Assembly: GCA_963738685.1 (NCBI GenBank)
Contig: CAVTXK010000002.1
Location: 1,042,602 to 1,106,601 of the forward strand
DNA: 64,000 nt
Origin: an uncultured Chloroflexia bacterium
GTDB taxonomy: Bacteria; Chloroflexota; Limnocylindria; Limnocylindrales; CSP1-4
Direction of reading: 5' to 3'
The notes beneath the pieces are model-generated. The model had not been told where the DNA came from. It did no database searches and saw nothing but the letters and a program-made list of their open reading frames with translations. Positions 30,016 to 39,710 of the stretch are shown here, piece by piece. The position numbers were made by a program, and so were the translations under genes. Each line of letters opens with the position of its first letter. Position 1 is the stretch's first letter.

Positions 30016-30909
30016 TTGACCCAGGTCCCGATCGCGATCACCGTCTCCACGATCCAGGGTTGGCCGGACATCGAGCGCAACGTCCGCTCCTTCGAGGCCG
30101 CCGCCGATCGGGTCGGTGGCGAGGTGATCATCACCGATGGCAGTGGCCTGCCCGAGCCACCGGCCGGGGCGCTCGGGCCACGGACGCGCTGGATCGCCGA
30201 CCCGGGCACATCGGTGTTCCAGCTCCGACTGACCGGGTACCGAGCGGCGACCGCGCCGATCATCGGGATCACCGAAGACCATTGCCTGTTGCCCGAGGAT
30301 TGGGCGCTGCGCAACCTCGAGGCCCACGCGGCCCATCCGGAGGCGGCGGCGATCGGTGGCTCGATCGTCAACGGAGCCGTCGACTCATCCATCGACTGGG
30401 CGAGCTTCCTGATCGTCCAGAGCGCCTTCGCCGCCCCGATCCCAAGCGGTCCCGCCGCGCGCATCGCCGGTGCCGTCTCCGTTTCGTACAAGCGCGAGGC
30501 GCTCGCCTCGATGGACGAGCACGGCGGGCTCGGCGCGATGGACGTGCTCCATCAACGGTCGATGGCCTCGTCGGGCGGCGCCCTGATCGCCGACGACGCG
30601 ATCCGGGTCATCCACGATCAATCGCTGGGTTTCAGCGGGACGCTGGCGATCCATTACCACGCGGGTCGGACGATCTCGGGCTTTCGGCGACGCCAGATGG
30701 ACACCCGACAGGTGATTCGGATCCTCGCCACGCCCCTCGTCCCGGTCGCGCGCTTCGCCCGACTCGTGGGGATCGCCACGCCGAAGGGCTACGGTCGGAT
30801 CGTCGCTCGGGCGGCACCGGCCATCTGGCTGCTGCTCGTCGCGCAGACGGCCGGTCAGGTCGTCGGCTACGTCGCCGGACCCGGCGACTCCCCCCGACGG
30901 GTGCAGTAG
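30016..30909 (+). CDS. glycosyltransferase family 2-like protein
   Basis: 297 aa with TTG start. Has PIAITVSTIQGWPDIERNV..VIITDGSG..ITEDHC and a C-terminal hydrophobic segment. Family assignment is tentative. Confidence 0.6.
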   Translation: MTQVPIAITVSTIQGWPDIERNVRSFEAAADRVGGEVIITDGSGLPEPPAGALGPRTRWIADPGTSVFQLRLTGYRAATAPIIGITEDHCLLPEDWALRNLEAHAAHPEAAAIGGSIVNGAVDSSIDWASFLIVQSAFAAPIPSGPAARIAGAVSVSYKREALASMDEHGGLGAMDVLHQRSMASSGGALIADDAIRVIHDQSLGFSGTLAIHYHAGRTISGFRRRQMDTRQVIRILATPLVPVARFARLVGIATPKGYGRIVARAAPAIWLLLVAQTAGQVVGYVAGPGDSPRRVQ

Positions 30910-30989
30910 CGCCCGTACTTCCGTACCGATCCACCGCGTACCGATGGTGCGGCGGCAGGAGCCGCTGCGGGTGGGACGATGCGGGCCAG

Positions 30990-33170
30990 ATGAGCGCGCA
31001 CCTCCGTCACCGCGATCCGGTGTCCGGGCCAGGACCCGGGCCGGGCGTCGCCGCGCCCCGGCCATCGCTGTTCCGGCGGCTCGTCGGCGGCTCCGTCGTG
31101 GCATCGCCCGGCGCGCCTACCGCGAGCCTGGAGGCGGAGCTCGCCACACGCCTCGATACCGTCCTGGGCATCGCCGAGCGGCTCGCCAGCTCGCACGATC
31201 GCCGCGAACTGTTCCGCCTGATCGTGGATGAGACGAAGCGCGCGCTGCGCGTGGATTTCGTGACGATCCGCATCCTGGAGGGCGACCGGCTGACCGCCGC
31301 GGCCTGGGCCGGCCTGCCCGAAGAGGTGGCGGCCGGCCTGCCGACGTTCGGAGTCGGCGAGGGGCTGGTCGGGGAGGTCCTGCGGACCGGGCAGGTCATG
31401 GCCTGGTCGGACGTCCGCACGGATCCCCGCCACCGGGCGGACCTGTACGAGGGCATCGTGGACTTCGCCGGCGATCTTGTCGCGCCGCTCATCCACGACG
31501 AGCGGGTGATCGGGGCGCTCTCCGCGGTGACCCGGGAACCGCGCGAGTGGACCGACGGCGACACCGCGTTCATCACGACGCTCGCGACGCACGCCGGGAT
31601 CGCCCTGATCAACGCCGAACTGATCGAGCAGACCGAGATGCGGGCCGCGCAGCTGGCGGTCCTCGCCGCGGCCTCCGGCCGGCTCAACCGCGCGTCCTCG
31701 GTCCAGGCCGTGGGACGGACGGTCGTCGAGGAGACGCGCCGGATCATCGACTACCACAACGCCCGGGTCTACCTCATCGAACCACCCGACCAGGTCGTCC
31801 CGATCGCCTTCGAGGGCCGGGTGGGGGCGTACGAGTACGTTGACCTCGACCTGCTCCGCTGCCGCCTCGGTGAGGGTTTCACCGGCTGGGTGGCTCTGCA
31901 TGGCGAGCCGCTCCTCATCAACGATGCGAACAGCGACCCGCGCGGCGAGACCATCGCCGGCACCGACGACGTCGACGAATCGATGCTCGTCGTGCCGATG
32001 CGCTACGACGGCATCACGGTCGGGGTCATCACGCTCTCCAAGCTCGGCCTCAACGGCTTCGCTGCCGATGACCTGCGGCTGCTGATGATCCTCGCCGACC
32101 ACGCGGTGACGGCGGTCGAGACGGCCCGGCTGCTGACCCGCAGCCAGGAGCTCGCGGGCGAACTTCGTCGCCTGCTCGACATGAGCGGGGAGCTTTCCGA
32201 GAGCCTCGATCCGCGCCAGGTCGCGAACCTCATGGCCGGCCACCTTGCCCGGGCCATGGGCGTGGACGAGTGCGCGATCAGCTACTGGGACCGCGCCGCC
32301 GGGCGGGTCGAGTCGCTGGGCTACTTCCCGCCGCTGCGGATCGACGAGATCGAGCCCTTCTTCATGGTCGCCGGCTTCCCAGAGACGCTCCGGGTCCTCG
32401 AGCACCAGGAGACGGTCATCATCGACGCGGAGGACGCGACGGCGGACCCGGCCGAGGTCGAGCTGTTGAACCGCGACAGGAACCGGGTCCTCGCGATGTT
32501 GCCCCTGGTCGCGAAGGGCCAATCGATCGGTATCGTCGAGATGTTCTCCAAGAGCGCGGTCCGTTGGGACGCCCAACGTCTCGAGCTGGCCCGGACCATG
32601 GCCAATGAGGCCGCGATGGCCCTCGAGAACGCTCGCCTGTACGAGGATGCGCGCAAGCTCGCCGACCGCGACCCGCTGACCGGCTTCTACAACCACCGGT
32701 TCCTGCATGAGCGCCTCGGTGAGGAGGTCGTCCGTTCGCAGCGCGGCCGGCGACCGCTGAGCGTGCTGATGCTCGACCTCGACGACTTCAAGCTCGTGAA
32801 CGACACGTTCGGCCACCTGTTCGGTGACCGGGTGCTGACGTGGGCCGCCGAGCTCATCCGCTCGACCCTGCGCGCGTCGGACATCCCGGCCCGCTACGGC
32901 GGCGACGAGTTCGCGGTGATCCTCCCCGATACGGATGCCGACGAGGCGCGCCGCGCCGCGCAGCGCATCCTGGAAGCGTTCCGGGACCGGCCGTTCATCG
33001 GTGAGCAACGTGGCCCGGTGCCGATCGCCGGGTCCATCGGGGTGGCCACGTTCCCGGCCGACGGCCGGACCGCCACCGAGCTGATCGCCGCGGCCGACGC
33101 CGCGCTCTACCAGGTCAAGCGCGACGGCGGCCACGACGCCGCGACGGCCGGCGAGGGCGCTGCCGCCTAG
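30990..33170 (+). CDS. multi-GAF diguanylate cyclase (GGDEF)
   Basis: Only the last 726 aa of track ORF 28998..33170 are coding (ATG at 30990). It has repeated GAF-like modules (..GEGLVGEVLRTGQ.., ..GEGFTGWVALHGEP.., ..VAKGQSIGIVEMF..). The C-terminus reads DPLTGFYNHRFL..FGHLFGDRVL..LRASDIPARYGGDEFAV, giving an RxxD I-site plus GGDEF. Confidence 0.88.
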   Translation: MSAHLRHRDPVSGPGPGPGVAAPRPSLFRRLVGGSVVASPGAPTASLEAELATRLDTVLGIAERLASSHDRRELFRLIVDETKRALRVDFVTIRILEGDRLTAAAWAGLPEEVAAGLPTFGVGEGLVGEVLRTGQVMAWSDVRTDPRHRADLYEGIVDFAGDLVAPLIHDERVIGALSAVTREPREWTDGDTAFITTLATHAGIALINAELIEQTEMRAAQLAVLAAASGRLNRASSVQAVGRTVVEETRRIIDYHNARVYLIEPPDQVVPIAFEGRVGAYEYVDLDLLRCRLGEGFTGWVALHGEPLLINDANSDPRGETIAGTDDVDESMLVVPMRYDGITVGVITLSKLGLNGFAADDLRLLMILADHAVTAVETARLLTRSQELAGELRRLLDMSGELSESLDPRQVANLMAGHLARAMGVDECAISYWDRAAGRVESLGYFPPLRIDEIEPFFMVAGFPETLRVLEHQETVIIDAEDATADPAEVELLNRDRNRVLAMLPLVAKGQSIGIVEMFSKSAVRWDAQRLELARTMANEAAMALENARLYEDARKLADRDPLTGFYNHRFLHERLGEEVVRSQRGRRPLSVLMLDLDDFKLVNDTFGHLFGDRVLTWAAELIRSTLRASDIPARYGGDEFAVILPDTDADEARRAAQRILEAFRDRPFIGEQRGPVPIAGSIGVATFPADGRTATELIAAADAALYQVKRDGGHDAATAGEGAAA

Positions 33171-33268
33171 CTCGCGTCGCGGCCGAGCCGGTAGGCCAGA
33201 AGTACCATGCCCCGCCGCCATCAGTACTACGACGAGGGAATGGACGGGAGGGCTCCGGAGCCCCATCC

Positions 33269-34486
33269 TTGATTTCCGACGTGAGCCAACCCACCACGCG
33301 CCCCGCGCGCCCCGTGGATCCGTCGGATGAGCGCATCCGCCGGTCCTGGTGGGTCTTCTCCGCGGCCTACCTCGTCGTCATCCTCGCGGCCGTCGTGCGT
33401 GTGCTCGGTCCTGGCGCGGATGCGGTCGACTGGTTCCTGCTCGTGGTCGTGATCGTGGCCGGTGGCGCGGCGCTCCTGTATGCGTCTGCCGTATCGGCGC
33501 TCGACGCGCGGAGTCACGCGGAGGCCGAATCATTCGCCCGGATCCTGTCGGGCCTGTCACGGTCCGTGTCGCCCGACGCGATCGTCGATGCCATCGTGGA
33601 GGAGCTCGGGGAAGCCACTCGGGCCGATCACATCGTGGTCGTTCGTCGGCGCCGGGACGCCCGGCTGCTGGAGGCGCGGCTCGTCAGTTCGCATCCGGGG
33701 GTCCCGGACCACACGACGCTGCTCCCTGCGGGCGACCTCGACGATCCAGGCCCGGGCGGGCGAGCCCCGCTCCCGGACGAGGTCGCCGACCGCCTCGCCC
33801 GGCGGGTTCGCGACGTCTACGGCCTCGCGCAGTCGCTGGCCACGCCGCTCGCGGTCGACGACGTGATCGTCGGGGCGATCGTCCTGTCGCGACGGGTCGG
33901 CGGACCGTGGACCGAGGCGACCCGTCGGATCCTGGGTGCGGCGGCCGCGGAGGCTTCCGCGGCCCTGGCCCGGGCCTACTCCCACCGCGCCGCGGAGGCC
34001 CTCGCCTCGACCGATGCCTTGACCGGCCTGCCCAACCGGCGCTACTTCGACGAGTTCGTGTCCTTGCTCGCCCGGCGCCGGCGGGCCGGTGACGCGGTCG
34101 GGATCCTGATGATCGACATCGACAAGTTCAAGGTGCTCAACGACACGCACGGCCATGCGACCGGGGACGAGGTCCTGCGGGCAGTGTCCGGGGCGATCGT
34201 CTCGGCCGTTCGCGAAGACGACGTCCCGGCACGGTTCGGCGGGGAGGAGTTCGTGGTCCTGTTGCGGAACCCCGATCCGGGCGTGGCGGTCGAGGTCGGC
34301 GAGCGCATCCGAGCGGCGGTCCGCAAGCTGGACCTGCGCGACTATGGGGTCCGCGGCGTGAGCGTCTCGGTCGGCGTGGCCGTCGCGGACGAGCCGGATC
34401 AGCCGATCGAGGACCTGATCGAGACCGCCGACCGGGCGATGTACCGAGCCAAGCGCGCCGGCCGCGACCGGGTGGTCGCCGCCTGA
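33269..34486 (+). CDS. membrane-anchored GAF-like diguanylate cyclase (GGEEF)
   Basis: Two N-terminal TM helices, then DALTGLPNRRYF..IDKFKVLNDTHGHATGDEVL..VREDDVPARFGGEEFVV. Start is uncertain (TTG 33269 or GTG 33281). Confidence 0.85.
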   Translation: MISDVSQPTTRPARPVDPSDERIRRSWWVFSAAYLVVILAAVVRVLGPGADAVDWFLLVVVIVAGGAALLYASAVSALDARSHAEAESFARILSGLSRSVSPDAIVDAIVEELGEATRADHIVVVRRRRDARLLEARLVSSHPGVPDHTTLLPAGDLDDPGPGGRAPLPDEVADRLARRVRDVYGLAQSLATPLAVDDVIVGAIVLSRRVGGPWTEATRRILGAAAAEASAALARAYSHRAAEALASTDALTGLPNRRYFDEFVSLLARRRRAGDAVGILMIDIDKFKVLNDTHGHATGDEVLRAVSGAIVSAVREDDVPARFGGEEFVVLLRNPDPGVAVEVGERIRAAVRKLDLRDYGVRGVSVSVGVAVADEPDQPIEDLIETADRAMYRAKRAGRDRVVAA

Positions 34487-34506
34487 CCTGCCGCGCGTCC
34501 GGTCGT

Positions 34507-34526
34507 CGCCGCCCCCTCGGGCGGCG
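34507..34526 (+). terminator. GC-rich stem-loop after the GGDEF gene (no U-tract)
   Basis: CGCCGCCC-CCTC-GGGCGGCG: an 8-bp perfect stem with a 4-nt loop, starting 21 nt after the stop at 34486. Confidence 0.35.
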
Positions 34527-34580
34527 CCCCAGCCCGCCCGACCAGCCAGCACGGGTCGGCGCGCCGACCTGCGGCGCGTC

Positions 34581-34640
34581 CGATCGAAGGGCGTGCGCCC
34601 CACGCACGCCCGGTCGAAGCGCGTGCGCCCCACGCACGCA
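34581..34640. repeat. 2 x 30-bp tandem repeat carrying the palindrome GTGCG-N5-CGCAC
   Basis: cgatcgaagggcgtgcgccccacgcacgcc / cggtcgaagcgcgtgcgccccacgcacgca. A third, related box ggcgtgcaccccatgcacgcc lies near 34693. Confidence 0.8.
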
Positions 34641-34738
34641 TCGACGAACGACCGCAATCGGCACCGCCGATTCCGACGAATGCGCGGCTCTGGCGTGCAC
34701 CCCATGCACGCCCAGCGAGTGAGGCGCCGGATCCGACC

Positions 34739-34990
34739 GTTCGACCGCGGATACGGGCACCCAGTGCACGCTCGACGCTCGAACGTCGCGCCGCGGGGCA
34801 GCCCGGAGCGTTCGACCGCGGATACGGGCACCTCGTGCACAAGCGACGCCCGAGCGTCACGTCGCGGGGCAGCAAGGAGCGTTCGACCGCGGATACGGGC
34901 ACCCCGTGCACACGCGACGCCCGAGCGTCACGTCCCGGGGCAGCCCCGAGCCTCGGCCGCGGGTACGTACACCCGCGGCATGCGCGACGC
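34739..34990. repeat. about 3.5 x 71-bp tandem repeat upstream of polX
   Basis: Units start at 34739, 34810 and 34881, with a degenerate fourth near 34951. Consensus is GTTCGACCGCGGATACGGGCACCnnGTGCACnnGCGACGCCCGAGCGTCACGTCnCGGGGCAGCnnGGAGC. The period is not a multiple of 3. Confidence 0.85.
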
Positions 34991-35110
34991 TCGAGCGTCC
35001 GCGGCGGGCGACGCCCGAGCGTCCGCGGCGCGCATCGAGCGGCAAGCGCCAGGCGCCCACCCAGCCCCGACCTGGCCGCGCAACGGCGCATCGGCACGTA
35101 CCATCCCCAC

Positions 35111-36988
35111 GTGACCGACGACCCGAATCTGCTCCCGGCCGACGCGGACCTGCGCGAGGATGAGGACGCCGCCGACGAGCGCGACCTCACGAACGGCGAT
35201 CTCGCCCGGATCTTTCACGACATCGGCGACATGCTCGAGGTCAAGGGTGAACTGGTCTTCAAGACCGTCGCCTACCACCGGGCCGCGGACGTGATCGGGC
35301 GTAACCCCGTCGATCTCGTCGCGGCCTATCGCGCGGGCAACGTGCCCAAGGTGCCCGGCGTCGGCCCGGCGATCAGCGACAAGATCAAGGAACTCGCCAC
35401 GACCGGCCGGATGGCCTACTACGACAAGCTGTGCGCCGAGGTCCCGCCGAGCCTCGTCGAACTGCTACGGATCCCAGGCCTCGGCCCCAAGAGCGTCCGC
35501 CAGATCTGGACCGAGCTCGGCATCACCACGGTCGAGGACCTCCGCAAGGCCGCCGAGGCCGGCCGACTCCGCGAACTGCGCGGCCTGTCGGGCAAGACCG
35601 AGGAACTCGTGCTCGAAGGCATCCGGCGCATCGAGTCGAACCCGCAGCGGATACTCCTCCATCGGGCCGAGGCGACCATCAACGGCCTGATCGAGGCCTT
35701 GTCCGCGACCCCCGGCCTCACCTCCATCGAGCCCGCCGGGTCGTTCCGCCGGCGGCGCGAGAGCGTCGGCGATCTGGACCTCCTGGCGGAGACCGACGAC
35801 GGCCCCGGGCTGATCGAGCGGTTCACGACCCTCGGTGTGGTCGACCACGTCGTGAACAAGGGCGGCTACAAGGCCGCCGTCCGGCTGCTCCGCGGCCCGC
35901 AGGCCGACCTCATGGTGATGCCGCCGGGCACCGCCGGCACGTACCGGATCCACTTCACCGGCTCCAAGGAGCACAACGTCCGGCTCCGCGAGCGCGCCCG
36001 CGACCAGGGTTGGAGCCTGTCCGAGAAGGGGTTCCAGCGTATCGGCGAGGATGGCGAGCCGCTGACCGGAGAGGGGGCCGAGCTCCGGACGTTCGCCACC
36101 GAGACCGAGGCCTACGCGTTCCTCGGCCTCCCGTTCGTCGAGCCCGAGTTGCGCGAGGACCACGGCGAGATCGAGGCGGCCCTCGCCGGAACGCTTCCCC
36201 GGCTGATCGAGCTCGCGGACCTGCGCGGTGACCTCCACAGCCACTCCGACTGGTCGGACGGGATGCACTCGATCGAGGTCATGGCCGAGGCCGCCCGTCG
36301 GCGCGGCCACAGCTACCAGGTCCTGACCGACCACTCGCAGTCACTGGCCATCGCGCGCGGCCTGACCCCGGACCGCGTCGAGGATCAGCGCACGATCATC
36401 GCGGCCCTCAACGCCCGGTTCGCGCAGGAGGAGGCCGACGGCACGGCACCGCCGGAGACCCCGGCCGAGGGCTTCCGGCTGCTCCACGGGTGCGAGCTCG
36501 AGATCCGCGCCGACGGCGCGCTCGACTACCCCGACGACCTGCTGGCCCGCTTCGACCTGGTCGTCGCGTCCGTGCATGTCTCGCGACGCCAATCCCGAGC
36601 CGAGCTGACGCGCCGCACGCTCAACGGTATCCGGAGCCCACATGTCGACGTCATCGCCCATCCGGCCGGGCGGATGATCGGGACCCGCGACGACCTCGAC
36701 CTCGACTGGGACGCGGTGTACGCCGAGGCCGCCCGGACCGGCACCGCCCTCGAGATGAACGGCTCGCCCCACCGCCTCGATCTCGCGGTCGAGCGCGCGC
36801 GGCGCGCGGTCGAGATGGGCTGCACGCTGTCGATCGATTCGGATGCCCACAAGACCGCCGAGCTCGACTACCTCCGGTGGGGTGTCAGCCAGGCGCGGCG
36901 CGCCTGGGTCGAGCCCGCGAAGGTGCTGAACACCCGGTCCCGCGCCGACGTGCTCGCCTGGGTCGCCGGCAAGCCGGGCCGGGCGTGA
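35111..36988 (+). CDS. polX: DNA polymerase X family protein with C-terminal PHP domain
   Basis: GTG at 35111 in the frame of ORF 34835..36988; the upstream part of that ORF is the repeat region. Has NGDLARIFHDIGDMLEVKGE, HhH motifs GVGPAISDKI and GLGPKSVRQI, GSFRRRRESVGDLDLL, and PHP motifs DLHSHSDWSDG..ASVH..DSDAH. Confidence 0.9.
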   Translation: MTDDPNLLPADADLREDEDAADERDLTNGDLARIFHDIGDMLEVKGELVFKTVAYHRAADVIGRNPVDLVAAYRAGNVPKVPGVGPAISDKIKELATTGRMAYYDKLCAEVPPSLVELLRIPGLGPKSVRQIWTELGITTVEDLRKAAEAGRLRELRGLSGKTEELVLEGIRRIESNPQRILLHRAEATINGLIEALSATPGLTSIEPAGSFRRRRESVGDLDLLAETDDGPGLIERFTTLGVVDHVVNKGGYKAAVRLLRGPQADLMVMPPGTAGTYRIHFTGSKEHNVRLRERARDQGWSLSEKGFQRIGEDGEPLTGEGAELRTFATETEAYAFLGLPFVEPELREDHGEIEAALAGTLPRLIELADLRGDLHSHSDWSDGMHSIEVMAEAARRRGHSYQVLTDHSQSLAIARGLTPDRVEDQRTIIAALNARFAQEEADGTAPPETPAEGFRLLHGCELEIRADGALDYPDDLLARFDLVVASVHVSRRQSRAELTRRTLNGIRSPHVDVIAHPAGRMIGTRDDLDLDWDAVYAEAARTGTALEMNGSPHRLDLAVERARRAVEMGCTLSIDSDAHKTAELDYLRWGVSQARRAWVEPAKVLNTRSRADVLAWVAGKPGRA

Positions 36989-37839
36989 GCGCCGTGCGCC
37001 GGTTTACCGCGCTGCACGAGGACCGGGCGGGCCGACGGGACCTCGCGCTCGCCGCGGTCACGATGGTCGGGCTGTCGCGTCTGCTCGAGCCGCCCGGGAT
37101 CTGGTTCGTGGCGATCTGCCTGCTCGGCGCGGTGCTGCTGGGCACCCTGCAGGTGCTGGGCGATGAGGCGGCGCACACCGACCGAGGCGCGCTCGGCGTC
37201 CCGATCGAGTCGTTGATCCTGCCGGCGGTCGCCGCCGTGGCCTGCCTCGGGGCCATCCGGCTCGTGCCGTTCGGGCTCGGCCTGGCGCCGGCCCTCGTGG
37301 TCACCGGGGTCCTGGTCGAGCGTTGCCTGGCTCTTGAGGCGCGGATCCTCGCCGCACCCGACGGGTTGGACGCGGACGGCCGCACGACCGTGCTGGTCAC
37401 GACGCTTATCGTCGGGTTCCTCGGGTTCGTGGGCGTGGCCGCGATGGTCCCGGGCGGTCTCGCTCAGCCCGGCGCGGGCGGGGTGGCGGGTGGACCGCTG
37501 CCGGAGCGCGACCTGCTGGCGCTGGCCGCCGCCGATGCGCTCATCGCGTTCCTGCTCGGGTATCGGGCGGCGGCCCTGCGGGTGGCCACGCTACGCGACG
37601 CCCTGTGGTCCGCGGCCACGTATGCGGCGGCCATCGCGATCGCGGCCGCGGCCGTGCGGTTCATGGAGATCCCGCGGCTCGTCGGGCCCGCCATGCTCAC
37701 CCTGACCTTCTACCTGTGGGACGCGTTCCACGGAGCAGCGCCATCGCGCCGGCGGGATGCCCGGTGGATCTGGCAGACGGCGCTCCTGGCGATCCTGGGC
37801 GTGGCGGTCGTCGCGCTCAACCTGATGGCCCGGGCGTAG
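36985..37839 (+). CDS. integral membrane protein, function unknown
   Basis: GTG at 36985 overlaps the polX stop (GTGA). 284 aa with about 7 hydrophobic helices and high GC3. Confidence 0.6.
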   Translation: MSAVRRFTALHEDRAGRRDLALAAVTMVGLSRLLEPPGIWFVAICLLGAVLLGTLQVLGDEAAHTDRGALGVPIESLILPAVAAVACLGAIRLVPFGLGLAPALVVTGVLVERCLALEARILAAPDGLDADGRTTVLVTTLIVGFLGFVGVAAMVPGGLAQPGAGGVAGGPLPERDLLALAAADALIAFLLGYRAAALRVATLRDALWSAATYAAAIAIAAAAVRFMEIPRLVGPAMLTLTFYLWDAFHGAAPSRRRDARWIWQTALLAILGVAVVALNLMARA

Positions 37840-38817
37840 CCAGCGACCGCCCGAAGAAACCGACGAGCCGCCGCTCGTACTCGTCGGCGTGGGTGATCAT
37901 CGCCTCCGTGTGCTCGGCCCCGTCCACGAACCAGCTCTCGACCGATCCGCCATCCGCGCGTGCGGCCGCTTCGAGCCGATGCCCGTAGTCGACGATCAGC
38001 CGCGAGTCGGCGGTGCCATGGGTGATGTAGAGGGGGCGCCCGTCGAGCGCGCGACGGCGTCGAGCGGGCTGTAGGAGGTGAGGTCGTCGCCGGAGATGAG
38101 GCGCGCGGCGAGCACGCCGCCACCTGCGAGGAAGGTCGGGTAGCCCGAGCGGGCCAGCTCGGCGTCGATGGCGCTCCGCAGGTCCGCGTAGCTCGAGTCC
38201 TCCCAGACGGCGGCCACGCCCGGTTCCTGCCCGGCCGCGAGCAGGACGGTCGCCGCGCCGAGGGAGATGCCGACGAGGCCGATGGAGGGCGCCGGGACGC
38301 CCTGTTCGGTGCGGAGCCAGTCCCATGCGCCCAGGACGTCGCGGTATTCGTCCGTCCCGCCGGCGAAACGGCCGTCCTCGCGCGTGGAGTCGCCGTGGTC
38401 GCGCAGGTCGATGAGCAGGACCGAGTAGCCATTTCGATGGAGCATCCCCGCGGGCAGCAGGACGGCGAAGTCGTGTCGACAGGCGGAGAACCCGTGGACG
38501 ACGATGACCGTCGGTGACTTCGCGCCGCCCTCCGCGCCGCCGTCCGCCGCCGCCGGCAGCCACCAGCCCGCGATCTCGATGCCCGGGTCACGGCTGGGGA
38601 TGCGCACCTCGACAGGGGCCGGCATCGCCCATGGCTTCGTGTCGAGCTCGTAGACCTCGGGAACCTCGAAGGCCTGTGGGCTGTTCTCCGCCCATCGGCC
38701 GCCGCATTGCGTGGAGACGCCCGTGAGCTTGTCCCAGACCACGGCGCTCGCGCCAGCGTAGGCAAGGAGCGGCACCGCGATCATCGTGATCGCGAGCAAC
38801 GACCGGCTGCGGGACAT
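37817..38817 (-). pseudogene. alpha/beta hydrolase (S9/DLH-like) interrupted by one frameshift
   Basis: ATG at 38817 gives a signal/TM segment, then VIVVHGFSACRHDF..DLRDHGDS..LVGISLGAAT (G-x-S-x-G) in the frame of ORF 37996..39285. The C-terminal ..LDGRPLYITHGTADSRL..DGAEHTE.. continues in the frame of ORF 37817..38563. The switch lies within the (CG)n run at 38047-38053. Confidence 0.7.
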
Positions 38818-39048
38818 GGGCAGCACCCTCTGATGACCGGCATGGAGCCAAAGCGTTCCGGCGCGTCGCTCGTTGTCGAGACACGCCCTGGATGTGGCTG
38901 TTGCCGCTCGGCCGGCAGCATACGCTCGGCACGTCGGACAACGGCACGTCGGGTGCGCTGGCAGCCGGTCGCGTGTGGCACCAACTGCCACGCGGGGCCG
39001 ACGCCGCGCCGGGCCGACCGGAGTATCGAGGTGGTGCCCGGGCTGAGC

Positions 39049-39300
39049 GTAACTACCAGACACGAGAATGGCACAAGTTCCTCGTGATCCGTCACCCTGG
39101 CGGCAGTATTCCGCAGCCTGGGCATCGGATCGTGCACGGCTGTGCCGAATCGGTGCCTGGGAGTGACACGGGCGGGCGCCCACGCACGGCTGTGCCGAAA
39201 CGGTGCCTGGGAGTGACACGGGTCGGGCGCCCACGCACGGCTGTGCCGAAACGGTGCCTGGGAGTGACACGGGTCGGGCGCCCACCCACGGCTGTGCCGG
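39049..39300 (-). repeat. GTCAC-TIR element copy L1: 121-bp core plus about 2.5 tandem 51-bp half-units
   Basis: Core 39049-39169: gtaactaccagacac..cctcgtgatc..ggatcgtgcacggctgtgcc..cggtgcctgggagtgac. The motif cggtgcctgggagtgacac repeats at 39151, 39201 and 39252. Confidence 0.85.
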
Positions 39301-39497
39301 CCTTCACCCAATGCACCAGCGACTTGAACGGCTTGCTCATGATCGTGCCTTGCGTGGCGCCATGAGCGTTCCAACGGGCGGAGGAACGGGCATTCCACGG
39401 CGTTTGGAACCGTCCGTGTCTCCATTCGACGCCCGAGGAGCCCGCCCATCGCCGTTCCGACGTCGGTTGGAACGGTGGTGGCGCGACCGGGGCCGGA

Positions 39498-39536
39498 CAC
39501 GCGGTGCTGTGCCGAAATGGTGCCTGGGAAGCACAC
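39498..39536 (-). repeat. solo degenerate half-unit of the same family
   Basis: cacgcggtgctgtgccgaaatggtgcctgggaagcacac matches the 51-bp unit of L1. Confidence 0.6.
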
Positions 39537-39710
39537 AGGTCCGGCCACGCCCGGCCAGACCGGTGCCGACGTTTGACGTAGCGGCGCTCCGATGCTAGAA
39601 CTCGATGCTCGCGCTGTGACCCGGGAGACCGTCGCGCGCCTCCATCAGCGACCGCGCCGCGACCGACCCGATCATCCCGGAACCCACGCGCCCGAAAGGA
39701 CATCCCGCCC

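Noticed and set aside
34770-34816. A LexA/SOS box upstream of polX (TCGAAC and GTTCGA half-sites are present in the repeats).
   Set aside because: The half-sites are about 25-30 nt apart, instead of the 4-nt spacing of the actinobacterial TCGAAC-N4-GTTCGA box. GTTCGA is simply part of each 71-bp repeat unit.
39092-39340. Small ORFs reading through the arrays as 17-aa peptide repeats, e.g. MSKPFKSLVHWVKAG-(TAVRGRPTRVTPRHRFG)n, or (GVTTRHTIRTAVRGAAA)n at 52771-53022.
   Set aside because: - The period is a multiple of 3 and some differences look synonymous.
- No frame shows the host's >90% GC3; all three frames sit near 70%.
- The conserved left and right halves of the core fall in different frames in different copies.
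- The elements occur in both orientations relative to flanking genes.
- Conservation is therefore more likely at the nucleotide level.
39300-39497. The unique 200-bp segment between L1 and its solo half-unit as an ncRNA, based on the 9-bp long-range complement cgttccaac / gttggaacg.
   Set aside because: There is only one short complementary pair, no terminator, and no conservation data. This is too weak to report as a feature.
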